A stretch of 63,599 nt of DNA, counting the filler, from Octopus bimaculoides (lineage: Eukaryota): assembly GCF_001194135.2 (NCBI RefSeq). It is 4 parts of 4 records of this genome, joined end to end, with 100 filler letters (N's around TTAATTAATTAA, not from the genome) between each part and the next. Parts side by side here need not be neighbours in the genome. Positions count along the whole stretch, not along the records: positions 47,530 to 63,599 come from NC_068997.1; 3 more parts are not named here. One strand, written 5' to 3'. The notes under the pieces are model-generated. The model did not search any database, was not told the origin of the DNA, and saw only the letters and a program-made list of their open reading frames with translations. The stretch's first letter is position 1. The number at the start of each line of letters is the position of its first letter. Below, one piece after another: positions 61,945-63,599 of this stretch. Both the position numbers and the translations under genes were made by a program.

Positions 61945-63055
61945 CGGACCGATTCGGTAAAAACGGAGTTTTTAGAAACTTCTCTCAGCTTGCTTCGAGA
62001 CGCATGCTTTCAGTGATGAATTATATGTGGTTATTGACAATTTAAAGTCTATTTTTCGGCATATTTAGCATAGGAATCTTTTTCTTTTGCACTTATTTAT
62101 AAGTTAGCCTTGGCTATGTCAAGATGGTTTTTTTTATGTATTCTTCTTTCCCACTTTAATTTTAAATGTTGTCACAACGGTAATATGCCCATTCTGCTGA
62201 AATTTTCAGTAAATTTTCTATATCCTTGTGCAGCTGAAGATTGCTCTGCATTTTGCATTTACTGTAATGCTCGCATTACTTAAATAAATGGAGTAGCATG
62301 AAACGTGCGTACTGCAATAACTTTTAAAATCCGTATTGCTTTTATTTATATATATATATATANNNNNNNNNNNNNNNNNNNNNNNNNNNNNNNNNNNNNN
62401 NNNNNNNNNNNNNNNNNNNNNNNNNNNNNNNNNNNNNNNNNNNNNNNNNNNNNNNNNNNNNNNNNNNNNNNNNNNNNNNNNNNNNNNNNNNNNNNNNNNN
62501 NNNNNNNNNNNNNNNNNNNNNNNNNNNNNNNNNNNNNNNNNNNNNNNNNNNNNNNNNNNNNNNNNNNNNNNNNNNNNNNNNNNNNNNNNNNNNNNNNNNN
62601 NNNNNNNNNNNNNNNNNNNNNNNNNNNNNNNNNNNNNNNNNNNNNNNNNNNNNNNNNNNNNNNNNNNNNNNNNNNNNNNNNNNNNNNNNNNNNNNNNNNN
62701 NNNNNNNNNNNNNNNNNNNNNNNNNNNNNNNNNNNNNNNNNNNNNNNNNNNNNNNNNNNNNNNNNNNNNNNNNNNNNNNNNNNNNNNNNNNNNNNNNNNN
62801 NNNNNNNNNNNNNNNNNNNNNNNNNNNNNNNNNNNNNNNNNNNNNNNNNNNNNNNNNNNNNNNNNNNNNNNNNNNNNNNNNNNNNNNNNNNNNNNNNNNN
62901 NNNNNNNNNNNNNNNNNNNNNNNNNNNNNNNNNNNNNNNNNNNNNNNNNNNNNNNNNNNNNNNNNNNNNNNNNNNNNNNNNNNNNNNNNNNNNNNNNNNN
63001 NNNNNNNNNNNNNNNNNNNNNNNNNNNNNNNNNNNNNNNNNNNNNNNNNNNNNNN

Positions 63056-63090
<35 letters not shown>

Positions 63091-63599
63091 ACTTACACAT
63101 ACATGAGAACACACACGTTCACTCATTCACTCTCTCACTTTCACACACACACATACACACATACATTCAAAATATATGTACGCATATGTATTGATGTATG
63201 TACGTATACATGACAACACTCTCTCTCTTTCTCTTTCTCTTCCTCTCTCTCATTCTCAATCTCTCTTTCACACACAAACGTCCATTTCATACACACGTAC
63301 ATACATCTTTCGCTTTAAAACAAAAATAAATAAATAAATAATATTTTACGGAAATTAACGAACTCCGGAAAAAAAGCGAAAGATCGCCATTTGCTTGAAA
63401 ATAATGAAAAAAAAAAAATTAAAATATTGTCTGTTTAAAGAAAGCTCAAATATAAATACTTACTGTACAAACAACTTTCATTTTTGAAATCACATTCAGT
63501 TAAAAATATTTCTAAATGATTAAAATATTGTGTACGTCAAAAATTCGACTTCAAAAAATTTTTTTAGACAGTGCGAAGACTACCTGTGTGTATATGTCA

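Overview
AT-rich, microsatellite-laden, heavily gapped eukaryotic scaffold. The SINE and simple-repeat repertoire suggests an octopus genome (inference, not verified). The one well-supported gene is a + strand adhesion GPCR (ADGRG/GPR64-GPR112-GPR126-like). Nine phase-consistent GT-AG exons (8305-20293) encode 442 aa: the C-terminal half of a GAIN domain, a GPS motif with an HL|T autoproteolysis site, 7TM and a tail ending EVKL. Its N-terminus cannot be assembled. A PAN/Apple-like exon at 7265 is the best candidate but lies across an artificial 100-bp gap linker. The rest is mostly mobile-element debris: tRNA-derived SINEs, R4/Dong-like, L1/Tx1-like, CR1/L2-like and Penelope-like fragments, mariner- and pogo-like MITEs, and a decayed Tc1/mariner transposase. 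The best non-coding leads are (i) minimal Penelope-type hammerhead ribozyme motifs, one with a compensatory G3:C8 core, (ii) inverted repeats bracketing a 336-nt, frame-neutral three-exon block of the receptor (circRNA/exon-skipping/ADAR candidate), and (iii) many long hairpins. Two further spliced-gene candidates (minus strand 29425-31616; plus strand from 57780) are low confidence. All alignments and identities were made by eye.
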